64,000 bases of DNA from Rhodosorus marinus CCMP1338 (taxonomy: Eukaryota; Plantae; Rhodophyta), in assembly GCA_029953675.1 (NCBI GenBank), contig JAMWBK010000010.1, forward strand, positions 1,178,001 to 1,242,000. The letters run 5' to 3'. This document shows, one piece after another, positions 61,184 through 64,000 of the stretch. The notes below the pieces were generated by a model. It ran no database searches. It saw nothing but the letters and a program-made list of their open reading frames with translations, and was not told the DNA's origin. The translations under genes and the position numbers were made by a program. Each line of letters opens with the position of its first letter. The first letter of the stretch is position 1.

Positions 61184-64000
61184 CTAACGCTTCGTAAACC
61201 GGAGGTGCTTGAACCCGAGGTAACCAACTATCCATGAGAATAACGTTAGTCCAGCCAGAGCTCCTACGGAAACCCATTTGCTATAATCTGGTACTCCGTA
61301 TATTTTCAACAGTTCGTCTCCGCTTGTAACCGGGCAGAACTGACATTCGCTGTAGGTGGCGTTAACTGTCACCGTCTGGTATTCACCTGGGGACGAAAAA
61401 TAAGTCACATTCAGCAAGCAGCTTCCAGAGAGCACTAGCTTGACCTTGAAAGGGGTTCAGCGACATCTTCGTACTATTAGAGGGAATCGATTCACAATCT
61501 GGGAACGCATAGGTAGCATTGTCGTTTCCAGGAAAAGGGAAAGTACGGAGCTCGTTGGCTGTACAGACGAACTCCACTCCAGTGACGACGGCTTTCAAAA
61601 CGCCAGCCAGGTAGTAACCGATCGGATTAATCCAGTAGATCCAGATATAGTACGCAGGTATTGAGTTTGCCGGGGCCATGAAACCGGCGAAGAGTTTGAA
61701 TATGCTTTTCATAGAGGGGACCAAGGTCAGCCCAATATATTCAGTTGGGCTAATTGCGCCAAGCATAGATCCAGTGGCTATGGCCCACAGAGCGTATAAA
61801 AGTTCTACGACGAAGAAGTATCCAAATGCAGATGCTTTGCAGCCAAACGAGAACAATAAAAAAAATTCCGTCAGATCGTTGTCGAATGGCAGTGCTCGGG
61901 CTGCGTCGCAACGCGTTTGTATAGAGTGCTTCACACTTACCCTGAAACCCGACCATGAAGAAGAACATAATGCTAAAGAGAAAGTTGGAAAACACCGTGA
62001 ACGGTGCGTCAGAAACCACCAGAGGGATGTAGTACGCTAATGCTGAGTAAGCACCCGCGCCAAATTCTCGATAGAACGCGAGCCTGTCCTGGAGAATGTT
62101 GCCAACAGCGCTGTTTATGCTGATCAGGGCAACATTGCCGGACAGGAAGGCCGCAGAAACAAGGGCGGTCTGTCCAGCTTGAGTGTTCGGTATCTGAAAG
62201 AATGAAAGGCCGAGAATCAAAGCTTGGGTGACCGCAGTGATGAAGCGCATGAAGTGAAGCTCCGGGTTCCTCCAGTTCACAGTGCAGAACCGCTTCAGGT
62301 TCGCAACGAACTGCACTCGAAAGTTTGCTGCGAAAGTATTGTCAAACTTGATATGGGGCGCCTTGTCTGGCACTATCGTAGGCTTGTCACATTTCGTATG
62401 CTCTAGGCTCCCCATGAGTTCGTTGTTTTCAGGGCTTAGTAGCCAAATCTCGTGCCAGTCCTTCTGCCCCTTTAACCAGATCAGCGAGTCCAATAAAACT
62501 AGATGAGCATTCCGCGTCTTCAGCAACACCTGGAGGGGGCTCTCTCCTTACCTGCTCTGTCGTCGCAGTACCAATTTGGTGGAGCATATAGTCCGCTGGG
62601 TTCAACTTGGGATCCATGGGATCTCCTCCGTTCTTCTCAAAGTACGTAATCATTTGTGATCCCTCTTCTCCCAGATCTCCAAAGTAGGCCACTCTGCCGC
62701 CGCTCTGCAGGAGCAGTACACTGTCAAAGAAGGAGAACACCTCTTTGGACGGCTGATGAATGGTGCACAAAACCGCGGCGCCGGTATCGGAGACCCTCCT
62801 CAAAACTTTTGCCATCTGCTTCAAAACACGGTCAATCGTCGAGGGCTGTTAGGACCAGCTTCCAATTTCGTAAACGGGACGACCAAGAACTGCGCTCACC
62901 TTCAACGCCGCCCTGGAATCCAATCCCGAAGTTGGCTCGTCCAGGAACAGAATAGACGGTCGAACTACGAGCTCCACAGCGATCGTGAGACGCTTTCGCT
63001 GCTCAGAAGAAAGACCAATTGCACCCTCGGGAGTACCGACAAGCTCATTTTGAATCTCACGCAGTTCCAGTATGTCTATGGTATTCTCTATCTGGTCTTC
63101 TCTCTCCTTGTCCGAGGTCCCCTCCGGCAGCCTCAACCGCGCAGAGAACTCGATCGCCTCCCGAACTGTCGTCTTAGAAACGTGAATATCGACCTGCTCC
63201 ACATACCTATGCACAAAGGAATGCACCAGCAAAAAAAATTGGAATATGGTAGTTATGAGGACGTGCGTCAGCGATAAGCATTGCTTCAAGTCGAAACAAC
63301 GAACGAAACGAGCTTCTGCCGACTCACTTACCCTGAAACTCTTCCGATAGGGTAATCCAGAGGATATCCGTTTACAAGGACTTCGCCAGTCATCGTACCC
63401 TTGGGCTTGCGCTGTGCAAGGACGTCCATGAGCGTCGTTTTGCCGGCTCCCGAAGATCCCATGAGCGCACACAGCCTTCCTGGTAGTGCGTACCCACACA
63501 CATCGTGCAGAAGTTCTTTCTTCTCATTCCCGCCAATCGGGACTGTGTATGACACGTCCTTCCATGTGAAGTAGGCCTCCCTAATGCCGACCTTCATTTC
63601 GTCCTCTGGCAAACTGAGGTCGATCACTTCGACACCCAAGTTTGCGGGTTTCGCTTTTTGCGATACGAGGGTCGTTCCGCAGTACCGCCTGCGTCTAGCG
63701 AAAAACATTACTGCGAGAAACATCACCAACGACAGGCCCCACAAAGCCAACAGTGAGTACATGCCCCAGGAGCTAGGTCAATACAAGTGTTTGGCGATCG
63801 AACGAGAGTCACGAAGCAAGCCGTCAGGAGCTATTCATCCGTTTCCCGTCACTTTTTATGCAACGCTTACACTCCAATTGGGTAGCCAAATTGAACCCAA
63901 AGGTACGCCTCTCCCGTCGAAATAGTGCATATCTTGTCGGGGTCAGGGACGTACTGGTTAAAAGGGAGCAGCTCTTGGGGAGCACATTCGAAGACAAGGC
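61184..64000 (-). CDS. PDR-type ABCG transporter, copy B (3' half; 5' part lies beyond the window)
   Basis: Same exon structure and NBD2/TMD2 motifs as copy A. Ends GYLGFKHLRFTKR. Confidence 0.93.

Larger units (their letters stand above)
60523..64000. repeat. Segmental tandem duplication, paralogous to ~45841-49470 (period about 14.7 kb)
   Basis: Colinear similarity covers exons, introns and about 800 bp of 3' flank. Homology stops at the ATTC-tailed repeat. Confidence 0.9.

Overview
Compact eukaryotic genomic DNA with short GT-AG introns (mostly about 60-180 bp). The organism is most likely a unicellular red alga, inferred from an MVAFV-type plastid transit peptide on HemE with no signal peptide; the sequence alone cannot prove this. 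The first ~39 kb is gene-dense: a small FCS-type zinc-finger ORF, a decayed Ty3/gypsy element whose 5' end is folded into a ~300-bp inverted duplication, hemE, an ankyrin (gankyrin-like) gene, histone H4, an oxysterol-binding protein, an adjacent same-strand GALT-GALK (Leloir pathway) pair, an S9 peptidase, an ARM+TBC RabGAP, a PPR protein, a Tim17/22/23-family protein and two orphan genes. The last ~24 kb is repeat-rich. It holds two tandem PDR-type full-size ABCG transporters (the second runs off the window) among at least nine fragments of a CRE-clade (RT + restriction-like endonuclease) non-LTR retrotransposon. It also holds a second retroposon-like repeat ending in ATTAAAC-(ATTC)n, a hAT-type MITE and a hAT transposase remnant. 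Highlights: the GALT-GALK pair, with a GALT that lacks most canonical metal ligands; CRE copies with readable 12-bp target-site duplications that insert into each other's 3' tails; and recurrent perfect hairpins, one of which is demonstrably a fold-back templated insertion. All exon boundaries were read by eye and are approximate.
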